Virus record (IMG/VR): IMGVR_UViG_3300025471_000688
Length of the DNA: 64,000 bases
Reading direction: 5' to 3' (one strand)
DNA from: an uncultured virus (IMG/VR IMGVR_UViG_3300025471_000688)
Lineage: Duplodnaviria > Heunggongvirae > Uroviricota > Caudoviricetes
Below the pieces are notes generated by a model. That model did no database searches, was not told the origin of the DNA, and saw only the letters and a list, made by a program, of their open reading frames with translations. The translations under genes were made by a program, and so were the position numbers. Shown in pieces: positions 62,337 through 64,000 of this stretch. The stretch's first letter is position 1. Each line of letters starts with the position of its first letter.

Positions 62337-64000
62337 CTAGGTCTGGATCACCACAGTCAGATCCGCTCCCGGATCCGGCGATGCCACGGCGAGTATGTCG
62401 AACGCCAGGTCGTCGCCCTCATTCAGGATGGGCGTCGGCCAGACGGTCGGGCGGACCGTCGCGCCCAAGGGATGGTCCTTCGTGAAGATCGCCGTGAACG
62501 TCTGGTTGTCCGGGTTGGCCGCGAGCACCTCGACGTACTCCTCGTCGGCTTGCCCCAGGTTGATGTGCACGAACTCGCCGACATCGAAGCCAAGCCGGTT
62601 CGCGCCGTAGGAGGCGGTCGCGACCGTTTGCGGGTCTGGACCAGCGGTCACCGCCTGATAGAGAAAAATGCCGAAGTCGTTGTAGGGCAGCCGTCGCGTT
62701 TCCGGCCGCCCATACCCTCGCTCCACCTGGAAATCGTAGGTGGTCTTAAACGGTATGGGTGGAATGACCCGCTGCGCAATCCCCATGTACTCGAGCGGCT
62801 CCCAGGTCGCGCCGCCGTCCCGGCTGATCTTGACCAGATAGGCGGACTGCCCGTCCGACGTGCCCCGCTGCACGTAGGCGTAGATGCAGCGGATCGAAGC
62901 CGGGTCCTGCACTTTCATCGGAATCGCCACCGTGTCTGCGACCGCGAGCGGGCCGGGAATTTGGAACGTGTAGGCGCCGCCCGAGCACGTCCGGTCGCCC
63001 GGCATGAACGGCTCGTTGTGGTGCGAGAGCGGCCAAACGGTGAACGGCCCGAAGCCGAAATGGTTCGCCACGCCCACGAGCATCGCAACCACGCACGCCG
63101 AGGGGAGCTTCGCCTCAACGCGCGCCGGGATGCCAGGGGTCCGGAAGAAGCCTTTCTTCACCGAGTAGGTGAAGATCTTGTAGTCGAGCTTGAAGAACCG
63201 GATGCCCTTCGCGTGAGCGCAGCGGAACGTGCCGAACGTGGCGAAGCCGGGATCGACGCCGGGCCAGGCGCGCTGTATCACAAAGTTGCCCGAAGGCACC
63301 ACGTCGCCCTCGTTGCCGGGGCCGACTATCTGCGCGCACTCATACGACCTCCGGCCCGGATGGTCCGGGTCCGTCGCCTCATCGTTGAAGACCACGAAGT
63401 CGCCCACGCGGAAAACGCGCGCGGTATCCGGGTTCACCCTGCAGGAGACGGTCACCGGGTCCGTGTCCTTGTCGATAGGAGCTTCGAGGCGGGCCCAAAG
63501 ATCGGTCGCCAGCTCATCCACGTAGTACAGCGCCATCGCGACCTGGTGTGCGCCGGCGATGTTCATGTTGCCGGAAGCGTCCGGCTGCACCTGGATGTCG
63601 TCGAGCGCGATGGTGCCGTAATCGCCCAGCTTCGGCGTGCCCACCACGATGCCAGGAACACCGGTGTCGTGCAGGATTTCCTCCGGCACGGGCGATGGTT
63701 CGACGTCGGCGGGCTTGGGGCCGGCGACCAGGTCGTACATGCTGTCGGTGGTCGTGCGGCCCTGGATGTCGATCGAGAAGTCCTTGTTCAGCCGCCAGGA
63801 TGTGACGCGGAACTCGCCGCTCGCGCCAGGCATGTCCGGATGCGTCATCGAGCAGACCATGCCCGGCTCGGTGTTGAGCGCGAGCACGGTGGTCTTGAAT
63901 GAGACCTGGCGCGCCTTCTTCCATTCCGTCGCGCTCGTTCCGCCCAACTCCTCGCGGAGCCGCACGCTCACGATGCGCGCCGCCTGCGACTTGGTCGAGG
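62337..64000 (-). CDS. Tail tip / host-specificity protein, 5' partial
   Basis: Frame open to the window edge (STKSQAARIVSVRL...); VSFKTTVLAL..EPGMVCSMTHP resembles the tail-tip hub motif. Confidence 0.6.
   Translation of the reverse strand, partial: STKSQAARIVSVRLREELGGTSATEWKKARQVSFKTTVLALNTEPGMVCSMTHPDMPGASGEFRVTSWRLNKDFSIDIQGRTTTDSMYDLVAGPKPADVEPSPVPEEILHDTGVPGIVVGTPKLGDYGTIALDDIQVQPDASGNMNIAGAHQVAMALYYVDELATDLWARLEAPIDKDTDPVTVSCRVNPDTARVFRVGDFVVFNDEATDPDHPGRRSYECAQIVGPGNEGDVVPSGNFVIQRAWPGVDPGFATFGTFRCAHAKGIRFFKLDYKIFTYSVKKGFFRTPGIPARVEAKLPSACVVAMLVGVANHFGFGPFTVWPLSHHNEPFMPGDRTCSGGAYTFQIPGPLAVADTVAIPMKVQDPASIRCIYAYVQRGTSDGQSAYLVKISRDGGATWEPLEYMGIAQRVIPPIPFKTTYDFQVERGYGRPETRRLPYNDFGIFLYQAVTAGPDPQTVATASYGANRLGFDVGEFVHINLGQADEEYVEVLAANPDNQTFTAIFTKDHPLGATVRPTVWPTPILNEGDDLAFDILAVASPDPGADLTVVIQT

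Noticed and set aside
51422..64000. Diversity-generating retroelement or invertible tail-fibre switch
   Set aside because: No reverse transcriptase, no adenine-variant TR/VR pair and no invertase seen.

Overview
GC-rich, lambda-like (Siphoviridae-type, cos-packaging) temperate phage or prophage, almost all on the minus strand; the host is plausibly Acidobacteriota (inference from the PilZ-like and PEP-CTERM-like cargo). Gene order along the minus strand: tail tip (runs off the right edge), then a ~5 kb insertion (PEP-CTERM-like and PilZ-like ORFs, decayed P4-type primase and terminase fragments, HipA-like kinase), two large tail proteins, and a complete type I-G (I-U) interference operon (cas3, csx17/cas8g, csb1/cas7, csb2/cas5-6) with no cas1/cas2/cas4 and no CRISPR array visible in the window. 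Next come a tRNA-3'-end att-like junction, DUF2924 plus a large serine recombinase, a repeat-flanked C5-methylase/DUF4928/Vsr cassette, regulators and a sigma-like factor, and the recombination/replication genes (intein-containing Cas4/RecB-like nuclease, AAA, SSB-like, HNH, ERCC4, RecD2, primase with an internal iteron-like cluster). These are followed by a candidate cos site, ~10 kb of ParB/methylase cargo, terminase, head and neck genes, the tail tube, and a frameshifting tail chaperone that runs off the left edge. The order is circularly permuted around the att-like site, suggesting an excised circle or tandem prophages. The best candidate for an undescribed system is the phage-borne, array-less, adaptation-less type I-G Cascade-Cas3. 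All calls come from motif recognition by eye; no searches were run.
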